Origin: Octopus bimaculoides
Taxonomy: Eukaryota
DNA: 64,000 nt
Assembly: GCF_001194135.2 (NCBI RefSeq)
Contig: NC_068990.1
Coordinates: 47,819,895-47,883,894 of the forward strand
Reading direction: 5' to 3'
Shown: piece by piece, positions 50,440 through 62,734 of the stretch
How positions within the stretch are numbered: the stretch's first letter is position 1
Layout: every line of letters begins with the position of its first letter
Translations under genes and position numbers: made by a program
The notes under the pieces: generated by a model
What the model saw: only the letters and a program-made list of their open reading frames with translations
What the model was told of the DNA's origin: nothing
The model's database searches: none

Positions 50440-50640
50440 GCTGAACATTGACGATGTGATGGCTGGAATGAGAGAAGGGTGCACTAGCAGTCAGCTGGTA
50501 CTCAGTTACACCTTAGTAGACTGGAGGAATGAGAAATGATGGGTTTTTCTTAAAGACATAATGCAGCACTCAATCCAGTGACTGAACTTACAATCTTATG
50601 ATCCTGAGTCCCAAAATCTAACCACACCACTAGATCACAC
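50440..50640 (-). mobile_element. SINE family 3 relic
   Basis: cagctggtactcagttacacc..gactggaggaatgagaaatg..gactgaacttacaatc. Confidence 0.5.
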
Positions 50641-50716
50641 ACTTTCACAAATAGAAAATAGATATCTTATGAAAGGTTTCATTTATTATGTTTGATTTGC
50701 TTTTCATTTATTCTAG

Positions 50717-50871
50717 GAAAGGCCGTAAACTAACAGAGTGTATAGTTCTGGTTATTCAGATTTTAAGTTTATTTCCACTCTACTTTGTCAAAACCAGTGA
50801 AATCCTTATTGTCCTGCGATTCTTTGGAGGAATGTCTTCAGTTGGTATTTTTGCAACAGCTTTTGTACTTG
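50717..50871 (+). CDS. SLC22: SLC22 paralog B, coding exon 4
   Basis: ttctag / gtaagt; 155 nt; (W)KGRKLTECIVLVIQILSLFPLYFVKTSEILIVLRFFGGMSSVGIFATAFVL+G. Confidence 0.92.
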
Positions 50872-51059
50872 GTAAGTCAAAGCATCACAGTTTATCAAAA
50901 TCATCTATGTCACCATAGTTACATGAGATCATACTATTTTCTATAGATTTCATTTAGAAATGATCTAATTAATATAGTGAGTTTTATACATTTTTAATCT
51001 ATTTTTTTTAGATTTACCTAGAAATTTGCCTAGAGAATATGACAGTTAGGAAGAATATG

Positions 51060-51445
51060 AGTTGTTGTTGTTGGGGTAATGCAAACTCTTCCTGGTATTG
51101 TATTGCATCAGTGTGTTTAGTTATGGGGTTTGATTGCAGTCTTTTGTTGTATTAGTGTTTATATTGTGTGTTGTGTGTGTAATCCATTGGATATCTGACC
51201 TGCTGGTGGTTGTTTATTTTATTGGATATTGCTATATAGAGTGTCATGTGTTTGAGGATTGTTTTGTTTGGGTTGTATTATTGAATTAATAGTGGTCTTG
51301 TGTTTGCGGATTGTTTCGCTTGGGTTATATTATTGAATTGATAGTGTCTTGCATAGGATGTGGGCTGTTCCTAGCAGGGCTATTTTTTGGATAGTGTGTA
51401 GTGTTGAGGGCCCAGGTATAGTTTCTGCGTTTTTGTTCATATGAT
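51060..51445 (-). mobile_element. R4/Dong-type LINE 3' end
   Basis: IQKIALLGTAHILCKTLSIQ* plus 3'UTR ending near (AAC)n. Confidence 0.7.
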
Positions 51446-51524
51446 TTTTTTATCATGCTCAGTGCTCCAATTAATACTGGTATTGTTTTCATCTTTATAT
51501 TCTGACAATTTCTCCATGCAAGGT

Positions 51525-51690
51525 GGCAAGCTGGGTGAAATGCTTAGCAGTATTTTGTCCTGTTTTTACATTCTGAGTTCAAATTCCGCTGAGGTCAACT
51601 TTGCCTTTCATCCTTTCAGGGTCGATAAATTAAGTACCAGTTGTGTACTGGGGTTGATCTAATCGACTGGCCCCCTCCCCCAGTCTTGTG
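51525..51690 (+). mobile_element. tRNA-derived SINE, family 2
   Basis: Matches 16635-16866. Other copies at 51905-52060 (-) and 62452-62640 (+). Confidence 0.75.
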
Positions 51691-51699
51691 CCTAGAGTA

Positions 51700-51895
51700 G
51701 AAAATAATTTTTCTACTTCTTTTTGGGAAATATTTTGGTCAGAAGAGACTGCAATGTCTATCAGTAAGCAGATGTTTTTTTTCAAATCATTGATTATTAC
51801 ATCTGGGCGATTAGCTTTTATTTCTTTGTCAGTTTGAAGAGGCATATCCCAGATGATTGTGGCCTGGTCATTGTCATGTACCTTGTTTGGCACAT
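51700..51895 (-). mobile_element. RLE domain fragment of an R4-type LINE
   Basis: IIWDMPLQTDKEIKANRPDVII..CLLIDIAV (PD..D RLE motif). Confidence 0.75.
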
Positions 51896-52148
51896 GTTTA
51901 TACCATTTATTGACTGGTTCTTACTGATATTTCATCAACCCTGAAAGGATGAAAGCTAAAGTTGACCCTAATGACATTTGAACCCAGAACATAAAGACAG
52001 ATGAAATACTGCTAAGTTTAGTGTGCTAAGGATTTTGCCTGCAAAGAAGGCAGACATTCTCTTGAAACATTATTCAATTCAATAAACAAAGACAATCTGT
52101 AAAAGAAATAACAACAACAAAAGTAATAATAATAATATTTAATAATAT

Positions 52149-52179
<31 letters not shown>

Positions 52180-52180
<1 letters not shown>

Positions 52181-52706
52181 CAGTACCAGGCATTAGCTCT
52201 CATGGCTTCTGATCTTAACTGATTGGAAGTGTTATCATGTACATTGATTTGTCTTGGTATAAAAGATGGGCTACTGCAAATATTCTGCTCAATACCATAG
52301 ATTTGCTTGTCAGTTGTTTGATCTTAACCAGTTGAGCATGTCCCTTAATGGCTGACAATATGTCCATTTCTGATCACGAGCAGAAGTAGTGGGGAAGCAT
52401 CATAGCCATGTGTTGAGAGGAATTCTTTGGGGTTTGGATAATTCACCTTTGGAAACATGGGTGTTTTGTTCAACATCCTTAAACAACCCTTATTCATTGC
52501 CCTTTTGAGTGGGATGGGCTACTCAACCTGAAGAAAATTCTAACTGGGCCCCACTTGCAAGGTCATGCACTATTTATCTTGCTATGAGATCACTACATCG
52601 CATACATATGGTTGTGATGCATGTGCCTGGTGTACCCTTATCAGATGGGTAGTCATGATGTGTGTACTGGGCTTCATATATTTGATGGCATGCACTGCTC
52701 TCTCAC

Positions 52707-52710
<4 letters not shown>
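52180..52710 (+). repeat. Unclassified non-coding interspersed repeat with (AAT)n tail, copy 1
   Basis: Inverted homolog at 56582-57037; bounded by (GAT)n and (AAT)n. Confidence 0.75.
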
Positions 52711-52744
<34 letters not shown>

Positions 52745-53495
52745 GATAATACAGAATATCTCAACAGGCATGATAGAGCTGCACAATATATTCACTGGGT
52801 AATATGCAAAAACCTGGACTTGCCCCATGATAAAAACTGGTGGGAACACAAACCACCCCCAGTACTTGAAAATGATCATATCGCACTCCTCTGGAACTTC
52901 ACCATTCAAACTCACAGAAAGATAGATGCAAATAGGCCAGACATCATACTGAAAGACTTCAGACAAAAATCATGCCTCCTCATTGATATGACTGTCCCAA
53001 TCGATATAAACGTATCTGTCAAGACCTACCAAAAACTGAGCAAATATAAACATCTTGAAATAGAAATTAGCAAAATGTGGAATCTGAAGACGAAAACAAT
53101 NNNNNNNNNNNNNNNNNNNNNNNNNNNNNNNNNNNNNNNNNNNNNNNNNNNNNNNNNNNNNNNNNNNNNNNNNNNNNNNNNNNNNNNNNNNNNNNNNNNN
53201 NNNNNNNNNNNNNNNNNNNNNNNNNNNNNNNNNNNNNNNNNNNNNNNNNNNNNNNNNNNNNNNNNNNNNNNNNNNNNNNNNNNNNNNNNNCTCAAATTCT
53301 AAAACAAACACATAATTTTCTTATGGTTTCTTAAACATTCTCTAGAACAACACTATTTACAAATCCAAATATATGGTACCCTAGGCATAACACCTACATG
53401 AACTTCTAACTTGTTGTCTCTTGAGGTCTCTGGGTGAGACTTGGATCCAACTTGTACAAATGCAAAGCAAAAGTCAAACATAAAATAATAATAAT
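52745..53495 (+). mobile_element. R4/Dong-type LINE, 5'-truncated, in (AAT)n
   Basis: YLNRHDRAAQYIHW...NRPDIILKD..CLLIDMTVP; 3'UTR ends aaagtcaaacataaaataataat; (AAT)n on both sides. Confidence 0.85.
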
Positions 53496-53504
53496 ATTAA
53501 TAAT

Positions 53505-55932
53505 TAAATAGGTTATTCAGAGTAGATCAGAAGAGATTCTATAAAGAAATAAATGGACAGTGTACAGATGAAAAGTTGATACCAGATAACAATGAAAGTC
53601 AAAGGTTTTGGAGTGACATCTGAAGCAAAGACAAGGAGCACAAGAAGGATGCTGAATGGTTACAAAACAGGCAGAACTAGTCATTTCAGTTAGGGAAGTA
53701 AAGGAAATCAGCAAAAAAATTAGCAACAGTAAGGACCCAGGACCAGTTGGAGTTCAAGGCTACTGGATCAAAAGATTTGGTGAATGTCATGCACAAATAG
53801 CTGTGCAACTCAACAGCTTGTTAAATGCTGACCAAGCAACACCAGAGCGGTTGACATTGGGTAGGACAGTGCTGTGCTTGAAAAACATTGAAAAAGGCAA
53901 TATGGTAGACAATTACAGGCTGATATCCTGTTTGCCATTTATGTGGAAATTATTGACTGGAATACTCACAGAGTCAATGTATGAACATCTGAGAAAAAAT
54001 GGAGTCCTGCCACATGAGCAGAAGGCTTGCAAGCGTAAGTGCAGAGGTACCCATGATCAACTCCTGATAGACAAAACAGTGCTTAGAGACTGCAAGAGGA
54101 AGAAAAGTAATTTAGTCAAGTCATGGATCGACTATCCTAAGGTGTATGATATGATATCACATTCTTGGATTATGGAATGTATGAACCTATTTGGTATTGC
54201 ATCGAATGTTGAGCAATTGCTTGGAAAAAGTATGGCAAATTGGAGGACGGATCTGACAGCATACAGAAGAAGTTTAGGGACAGTAGAAATCAGGAGGAGC
54301 ATCTTTGTACTGTGCTTGGTACCATTAACACTGATTCTGAGGAAAGCAAAAGCTGGGTATGTATTCAAAAGCTGCCAACAAAAAGTCAACCATTTGTTAT
54401 TCATGGATGACCTCAAACTTTATGGTAAAGATGAATCCCAAGTCAGTTCCCTCATTGATACGGTGTATACTTTCAGTGTTGATATCAGATTAGAGTTTGG
54501 ACTGAGAAAGTGTGGTGTGTTAGTCTTGAAGAGAGGCAAAATCAAATGTATGGATGGGCTAACAATACCGTCAGGGGAGGTATGCAGCAGATAGAAGAGA
54601 CAGGCTGTAAGTACTTGGGGATTTTGGAAATGGATAAATTGATGGAGAAAGAAATGACAGAAAAATTTAAGGTGGAGTACTTGTGCAGACTGAGACTAAT
54701 CTTTAAGTCAAAATTAAACGGACAGAATAAGATTGAAGCTATGAACACCTGGGCGGTTTCACTTCTTAGATATGGAGCAGGGGTAATCACATGGACAGTA
54801 GATGAACTAAACAGCTTAGACAGAAAGACAAGGAAGTTGCTAACTAGATATGGGACACTCCACCCAAAAAGTGACACAGACAGACAGACTATGTACCAAG
54901 AAAAAGAGGGGGAAGAGGACTTATTGGATGCAAACACAGCATTAGAGCAGAAGAAAACAACATAGCATGGTATGTAAAAAATGCCACAGAACCGCTATTA
55001 TTAGAAGTAAGAAGGTCAGGCTTGTGTAGGATGAAAGATTGCAAAGATAAAACACTGTACAAGCAATTGAAAATGGATGAGACTGAAAATAGGTGGGTAA
55101 AGAAAAGAATGCATGGACAATTTCATAGGGATGTTGAAGATAAAACAGAGTAAAAAGATGGCTGTGGATGACTAAAAGCGATTTTAAACTGGAAACGGAG
55201 GCTCTAATCAGTGCTGCCCAAGGGCAAGTACGAAGAACAAATTACATAAAATACAGAATAGACAACACGGTAGAAAATGATACGAGCAGAATTTGTGGAT
55301 AAAATGGTGGAACCACATGGCATATTACCAGTCAATGTATGCCACTAGTCCGGAAGGAATATAAAAGATACCATGACGATATAGCAAGTCTTGTCCATTA
55401 GACACTTTGCAACAAGTATGGACTTGACAGAGCAAAAAGTTGGTATGACCATAAACCCGAAGGTATCATCGAAAATGATAATGCAAAGATCCTGTGGGAT
55501 TTTATGATTCAGTGCGACCATGAGATAGAGAATAAGAAACCAGACATAGTCTTAATTGAGAAAGAAAGCAAACTATGCTGGATCATAGATATAGCATGCC
55601 CAGCTGACAACAAGGTATGCAATAAGGAAGAAAGAAAAGTTGATAGATATGACAGGTTAGCTTGCGAGGTTAAGTAGTTGTGGTCGATGAAAAAGGTGGT
55701 AGTAGTACCAATAATTGTCAGAGCCCAAGGAACAGTGAGTAAATATCTTGAGAAGTACATAGAATAATAGGGGCTGCAATAAGGGTGGAGCACTTGCAGA
55801 AAACAGGACTGCTTGGAACCGCTCGAATACTCCAGAAGGTGCTCGTAAAATAAGGGGTGTTACCTCAGTTCACCGGAAGTGAACAGCTGAGACTGTAGTA
55901 CATCTCCAGCATTAGAAGCTGTGCAAAGGCAA
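53505..55932 (+). mobile_element. R4/Dong-type LINE, second subfamily (RT plus RLE), internally deleted
   Basis: NYRLISCLPFMWKLLT, HLLFMDDLKLY, LEFGLRKC, KILWDFMIQCD..KPDIVL; tail (AAT)n at 55933. Confidence 0.88.
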
Positions 55933-56359
55933 TAATAATAATAATAATAATAATAATAGTAATGATAATAATCATAATAATAATAACAATAAAGATGACG
56001 TCGATGATGATGATGATAACAACAATAATAACAACAATAATAATAACAATAATAATAATCATAAAAATGGTAATTATAATAGTTATAATAGCCTCAAATT
56101 TTTGCACAAGGCCGATAACCTTTTTTTTTTTTGTGGAGTATATCTTACAAAAAACAAATGAAGCCCAACTGTCAATAGAATTTGGTCATACAATATCATT
56201 TAGTAAGTAGTTTAAACCTTTATTATCAGATACTGTTCTTGATGGAGAAACATTTTGGGCCAACTAGAACTTCTTATTTAATTTGTCATTGTTTCAAGGG
56301 CTTGAATATTAGACTTCTCTGATAAACAAAGCATGCATCAGCTCTTGTGCCTATAATTG

Positions 56360-56521
56360 AAAGGATTGATATTATTATTATTATTATTGTACTTGTGTTA
56401 GAACCAATTATTAATATTGTTGTTGTTGTTGTTGTTGTTATTATTATTAGTATTAATATTAGTAGTAGTGGTGGTGGTGGTGGTGGTGGTGGTGGTGGTG
56501 GTGGTGGTGGTGGTGGTGGTG

Positions 56522-56563
<42 letters not shown>

Positions 56564-56575
56564 CTGGTAGCAGTA
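56360..56575. repeat. Compound trinucleotide microsatellite (ATT)(GTT)(AGT)(GGT)(AGT); another (AAT/AAC/GAT) tract at 55933-56090
   Basis: Directly visible. Confidence 0.95.
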
Positions 56576-56581
56576 TTGAAT

Positions 56582-57031
56582 GAAAGAGCAATGCATTCCA
56601 TCAAAGTGACACTGAGGTACAAATATATGGTACCCAATATACCCATCATGACTATCCATCTGATAGAAGTACACCAGGTACATGCATCACCACCATATGT
56701 CTACAACATGGTGATCTCATATCAAGATAAATAGTGCATGACCTTGGAAGTGGGGCCTTACACAATTTTCTTCAGTAGCCCATCCTGCTCAAAAGGTCCC
56801 TGAATAAGAATTGTTTAAGGATGATGAATGAAACACCCATGTTTCCAGGAGTTAATTATTCAAACCAAAAAGAATTCCTTTCAACATATGGCTATGATGT
56901 TCCCCCACTACTTCTGCTCATAATCAGAAATGCACATATCGTCAGCTACTAAGGGACATGCTCAACTGGTTAGGTCAAGCAACTGACAAGCAAATCTGTG
57001 GTATTGAGCAGAATATTTGTTGTAGCCCATC

Positions 57032-57037
<6 letters not shown>
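56582..57037 (-). repeat. Unclassified interspersed repeat, copy 2 (inverted relative to 52180-52710)
   Basis: Reverse complement begins ataaaagatgggctac..., matching 52259 onward. Confidence 0.75.
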
Positions 57038-57097
<60 letters not shown>

Positions 57098-57104
<7 letters not shown>

Positions 57105-60100
57105 TTATGTTTGACTTTTGCTTTGTATTTGTACAAGTTGACTCCAAGTCTCACCCAGAGACCCCAGGAGACAAGTTAGAAGTTCATGTTGGTGGTATAC
57201 TTAAAGTGTCAGATATTTGGTTTTGTACATAGTATTGTTCTAGAGAATGTTTAAGAAAACATAAGAAAATTATGAGTTTGTTTTAAAATTTGAGATTACA
57301 TAGACAGTATTTTATGTAGGATATGGGCAGTTCCCATGAGCACTATCTTTTGAATTTCTGCCATTTTGGGGTTTCCTGGAATCTGAGCTAGGTAGCAATC
57401 AGCCCATTTTGCTATAATTCCTTGGAAACCCATGACAACAGGTATTCTTTTAGTCTTCAGGTTCCACATTTTGCTAATTTCTATTTCAAGATCTTTATAC
57501 TTGCTCAGTTTTTGGTAAGTCTTGACAGATACGTTTATATCGATTGGGACAGTCATATCAATGAGGAGACATGATTTTCATGTGAAGTCTTTCAATATAA
57601 TGTCTGGCCTATTTGCATCTATCTTTCTGTGAGTTTGAATGGTGAAGTTCCAGAGGAGTGAGATGTGATCATTTTCAAGCACTGAAGGTGGTTTGTGTTC
57701 CCATCAGTTTTTATCACGGAGCAGGTCCAGGTTTTTGCAGTTTACCCAGTGAATATATTGTGCAGTTCTATCATGCCTGTTGAGATACTCTGTAGGTGCA
57801 AGAAGACTGCACATGGAGACAACATGATCAATGGTTTCATTTTGTTGTTGACATACACACTGTTCTTTAATATGTTGGCCTGGTAGTTTCTTGTAGGTAA
57901 GCATTGATCTTGGGCTGCTTTGATAAACCTTTCTGTTTCTGATTTTAAGCCAGAAGCCATTAGACATTGATGGGTAAGGGCTTTGTCAATATCAACATTA
58001 TTAGCTCTCTTTGGGTATTTGCCATTGAGAGGTTTTTCTTGCCATTTATCAGTAAGAATATCTCAGCAGTTTTAGCATGGGTTTTCATATGCTTAGCTTT
58101 TTCTCTGCTTGTTTCTAGTACATCAAATTCTGGAATTTGTATTTGGAATTCACTTATATATGCCTTTGTCTGTTTTGTTACTGAGTATGATGCTTTCTTG
58201 TTTTCATGTTTTGAGACAAGTTTTAACATCCAGTCCTCAGAGTTTTTCGGGTAGGTGTCTAGGCCAATTATGACTATCTTCATTGTTAATGCCAGTTGTA
58301 AAAGTCCACGGCCTCCCTCTTTTCTTGACAGATAAAGTCGTTCTATATCTGCCTTAGCATGGTTCATTCTATGCATTGCCAACAATTTTCATATTTTTCT
58401 GTCAAGATTACATATTTCCGTAATTTACCAGTTTATGATATTGAAACTGTAAGTCACAATTACTATGGCTAAAGTATTGGTCGCTTCGATCCTATTTCTT
58501 CAATCCTGTTTCTATGTCTTTAGTATTGCTCTCACCCTGCAATAACACTCTCTACTGATCCTTTCCCTTATCACTGAATGTCTGATTCCGTCCCTTTCAA
58601 ATACCCCTAGGTATTTGTAGCTCTCCACTGGTTCTAACTCTTTTATGACATTCTGCTGGTCAAGGTTAACGTTAGATGTTGCTGTCGTTTTTCCTTTGAT
58701 AAAGGTAGCTTTTGCACATTTATCGAGTCTAAATTGCATCCTGATGTCATCACTATTGTTTAACAATCCACCGGTAAGCCCCTGAGTTGCTGGTCATTTT
58801 TTGCAAAGATCTTTAAATCATCTTTGTAAATGAGATGATTTATATTTTTATCAAACATTTTATAACTATACTGTACATCATTGAGCAATTTTGAGAGATG
58901 TATTAAGGCTAGAAAAAATGCCACATGAAATTCTTACATCTCCAACATTAAGAGATTCATTGTCACTGTGGTTCTCCATGATCTCATACTTACAGACAAA
59001 AGTTTTGCAGAGTAGGAGCTAGTTTATACATTTCTAGACATTTCTTAATTCAGCTATGTGGCAGACTATCAAAAGCTAGTCTATCCAGTCTATTGACAAG
59101 ATTTTGTGTCGTTTGTGACAATCTTCCAAGATCATCTTATTGATGAGTAGTTGATCTTTACAACCATAGGATCCACGTTTACATCCTTTTTGCTCATTAG
59201 GGAATATTTCACTTTCTATTATAAAAACTATAGGTATATTCAATCGGGACAGATGTTAGTGTTTTAGGCATTGTTGTTAAGCAGGTTATGGGTCGATAAT
59301 TTTTTGGTTGATTTGTTTCTTCATTTTTTGGAAATTGAAGTGTTAAACCATTAACTAGCCAAGAGGGAATCATACTAGGATGTTGCAAAACATTGTTATA
59401 AAGTTCCGTTAGCAGTTCATGGCTCTCTGGGAAGGCATTCAACCAGAAGTTAGGATTTTTATCCTTTCCTGGAGACTTCCATTTGCTTGACCTCCCAGGA
59501 GCAGATCTTACATCTTCTACTTTGACACCCTCCCGTTTTTGCTCTTCTAAGGAGTCTAAGTTTGTAGATATTCTATCAATCCAAAGGACTTTGTGTGTTC
59601 TTTTTTTCTGCCCAAATTTTATTCCAAAATTCCTGCACTTCTTCTTTTGATGGGACAGACTTTACTGTAACTGGTATTTTCCCCAACTTTCTGTAAAAAT
59701 TTTTGGGATTATTTTTGAACATGCTGTTGTCCTTGAAGAATCTAACACGCTTTTCATACCTTGCTATGCAGGCAGCTTTAGCACATACGTTTTGGTTGAT
59801 GGTTTCTATGGTGGCATCAATGTCAAATATGGTTTTCATATTATATTATTTCTTTAATTTTTTGGTATTTGTATGTTTGATAGTCTTGTCAAACTTCAGG
59901 TTTTTTAAACATTCTATGTCAGACCTAAGTAGCTTCTTTTGGTTATTTGATGATGAGCATGGGTGGCCATCTGTTGGAATATTCCGGTTGTGGGGTACTC
60001 CCAGCTCCTGTGTTTCAGGAAGATTTGAACCAGTAGCTGATTTTTCATATCTAATCTGGTTCATCATTCAAGTACGTAGCCCTTTGTAATCTGGTCAATG

Positions 60101-60330
60101 ACCATTCCGCATTGTATTTTGCTTTGTTATCAGTGAGGCATGATGAGCTTCAACGTTGAGATTAGGGGATGGATCTGTCTGTTTAGGATTAATCTTTTGA
60201 GACAACAGCGTCTCCGAGTTTTCTGCATGTAAACATTGCTTGTAACATAGCTTCTTAAGGCTAATAGATCTGTATTCGTATGTAATTTTTTTGTTGATAA
60301 ATTTATCTCTGAGCATAGTTTTTTGTGGTG
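57098..60330 (-). mobile_element. R4/Dong-type LINE, long decayed copy
   Basis: PKNYRPITCL, MQFRLDKCAK, RLYLSRKEGGRG, CSLLAPTEYLNRHD, GTAHILHKILSM*; 3' end abuts (ATT)n. Confidence 0.88.
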
Positions 60331-60799
60331 TTTTTAAACTTATGAATTGTTCACTCTGTCTGTCTTAGTTCGAAAAATAAAAAAAAGTTTTGTTTTTGTT
60401 TTTGCTTCGTTTGTGACGTGTTTTCATGTGCATGAATGCGTATCCTCTAGATTTCACATAGTTGTGTAAACTTTGAGATGTATGCGTAGTCCTATGGGCA
60501 TCAAAATGTATGTATGATTGTGTAGACATTTGAATGTATGCGTAATTACTCAATTTATGTACTTACTGTTTTGTTCCATTTCTATTTTATAATTTGTAAA
60601 CTTTCCGGTGTTGATTTCGCGTGTGTGTTTCGCACATGCTTCATTGAGATATCGTGCATAGCAGAAACTGTGCTTTGTATGGCAGTAAAATTTTTTTTCA
60701 TTATCATTTTCGTTAAGAGACTGCTTCCTTCAAGTCTTCCACGGGTTCATTTTGCTTTTTACATACACAACATGTTGGGCTACTGCCATTCTTTAATAC

Positions 60800-61185
60800 A
60801 TAGACCTGGTAGCTCCTTATAGGTATGCATTGATCTTGGACTGCTTTGATAAACCCTTCTGTCTCTGATTTTAAGCCAGAAGACACTACCCATTGATGGG
60901 CAAGGGCTTTGGCAACATCGGCACTATTAGCTCTCTTTGGGTATTTGTCATTGAGAGGCTTTTCTTGCCATTTATCAGTAAGAATATCTATGGCAGCAGT
61001 TTTAGCACAGGTTTTTATATGCTTAGCTTTTTCTCTGCTTGTTTCCAGTATGTCTCATTTTGGAATTTGTTGTATTTGGAATTCACTTTGATATTCCTTT
61101 GCCTGTTCTGTTACTGAGTATGATGCTTTCTTGTTTTCATGCTTTGAGACAAGTTTTAACATCCAGTTATCAGAGTTTTGTTACT
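60800..61185 (-). mobile_element. R4/Dong-type internal fragment
   Basis: Aligns with 57890-58250. Confidence 0.75.
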
Positions 61186-61214
61186 ATCATTATTATTATT
61201 ATTATTATTCAGTA

Positions 61215-62420
61215 GTTTTATTTTTATAACGTGCTTTCACTTCACTACCGAGCGCAGCTCTGTGCGCCTTGGGTATGTGCTGTGGTTTGCTGTGGTGCTC
61301 TTATGTTTACTGTATTGAAAGTGTTTTGCGTAGGATGTGTGCAGTACCCAGTAGTGCAATTTTCTGTATGCTATATATATTTGTAAGTCCTGCTATTTTT
61401 GTTATGTATTTGTCTGAATATTTTTTTATTATACCTNNNNNNNNNNNNNNNNNNNNNNNNNNNNNNNNNNNNNNNNNNNNNNNNNNNNNNNNNNNNNNNN
61501 NNNNNNNNNNNNNNNNNNNNNNNNNNNNNNNNNNNNNNNNNNNNNNNNNNNNNNNNNNNNNNNNNNNNNNNNNNNNNNNNNNNNNNNNNNNNNNNNNNNN
61601 NNNNNNNNNNNNNNNNNNNNNNNNNNNNNNNNNNNNNNNNNNNNNNNNNNNNNNNNNNNNNNNNNNNNNNNNNNNNNNNNNNNNNNNNNNNNNNNNNNNN
61701 NNNNNNNNNNNNNNNNNNNNNNNNNNNNNNNNNNNNNNNNNNNNNNNNNNNNNNNNNNNNNNNNNNNNNNNNNNNNNNNNNNNNNNNNNNNNNNNNNNNN
61801 NNNNNNNNNNNNNNNNNNNNNNNNNNNNNNNNNNNNNNNNNNNNNNNNNNNNNNNNNNNNNNNNNNNNNNNNNNNNNNNNNNNNNNNNNNNNNNNNNNNN
61901 NNNNNNNNNNNNNNNNNNNNNNNNNNNNNNNNNNNNNNNNNNNNNNNNNNNNNNNNNNNNNNNNNNNNNNNNNNNNNNNNNNNNNNNNNNNNNNNNNNNN
62001 NNNNNNNNNNNNNNNNNNNNNNNNNNNNNNNNNNNNNNNNNNNNNNNNNNNNNNNNNNNNNNNNNNNNNNNNNNNNNNNNNNNNNNNNNNNNNNNNNNNN
62101 NNNNNNNNNNNNNNNNNNNNNNNNNNNNNNNNNNNNNNNNNNNNNNNNNNNNNNNNNNNNNNATGGTCCGTTGCTGTTCTAGTTTTAGTTTGGATTTCAT
62201 TTGTTTTATAGCTTTTGTTGTTTCTTCTTCTTCTTCTTCGTATTTGTTAGGTAGATTGATTTCTTGTTTGTATTTGTCAGCTTCCTTAAATACTGAAAAC
62301 AGTTTTTTGTTTTGCTCGTGTTTTGTGGCTATTTGTATTAGTTTCCCTTGCTTCTGGAGTAGGTATTTTTGCAGTCCTATAGTGGTTATTTTATAATAGT
62401 TTTCTAGCTGTATAAGACCC
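61215..62420 (-). mobile_element. R4/Dong-type LINE, third subfamily, mostly in an N gap
   Basis: IQKIALLGTAHILRKTLSIQ* with 3'UTR abutting (ATT)n; upstream piece ends at (ATT)n at 62425. Confidence 0.65.
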
Positions 62421-62421
62421 C

Positions 62422-62452
<31 letters not shown>

Positions 62453-62687
62453 GGTGATGAGCTGGCAGAATCATTAGTGTGCCGGGTGATATGCTTAGTG
62501 GCATTCAGTCTGTCTTTACAGTCTTAGTTCAACTTTGACTTTCATCATTTCAGGGTCAATATAATAAGTACCAGTTGAGCACTGGAGTCAATGTAATTGA
62601 CTTACCCTTGCCTCAAAATTGCTGGCTTTGTCCCAGAATTTGAAATCATCATCATCATCATCGTCATCATCATCATCATCGTCGTCG

Positions 62688-62727
<40 letters not shown>

Positions 62728-62734
62728 TATTATT

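Noticed and set aside
55865-56734. Poly-I/P/G/V/T/H ORFs
   Set aside because: Translations of trinucleotide microsatellites, with no splice or homology support.
56835-56960. CUGACGA...GAAA on the minus strand of the unclassified repeat as a hammerhead
   Set aside because: No stem I pairing, and the spacing is too long without a clear stem II.
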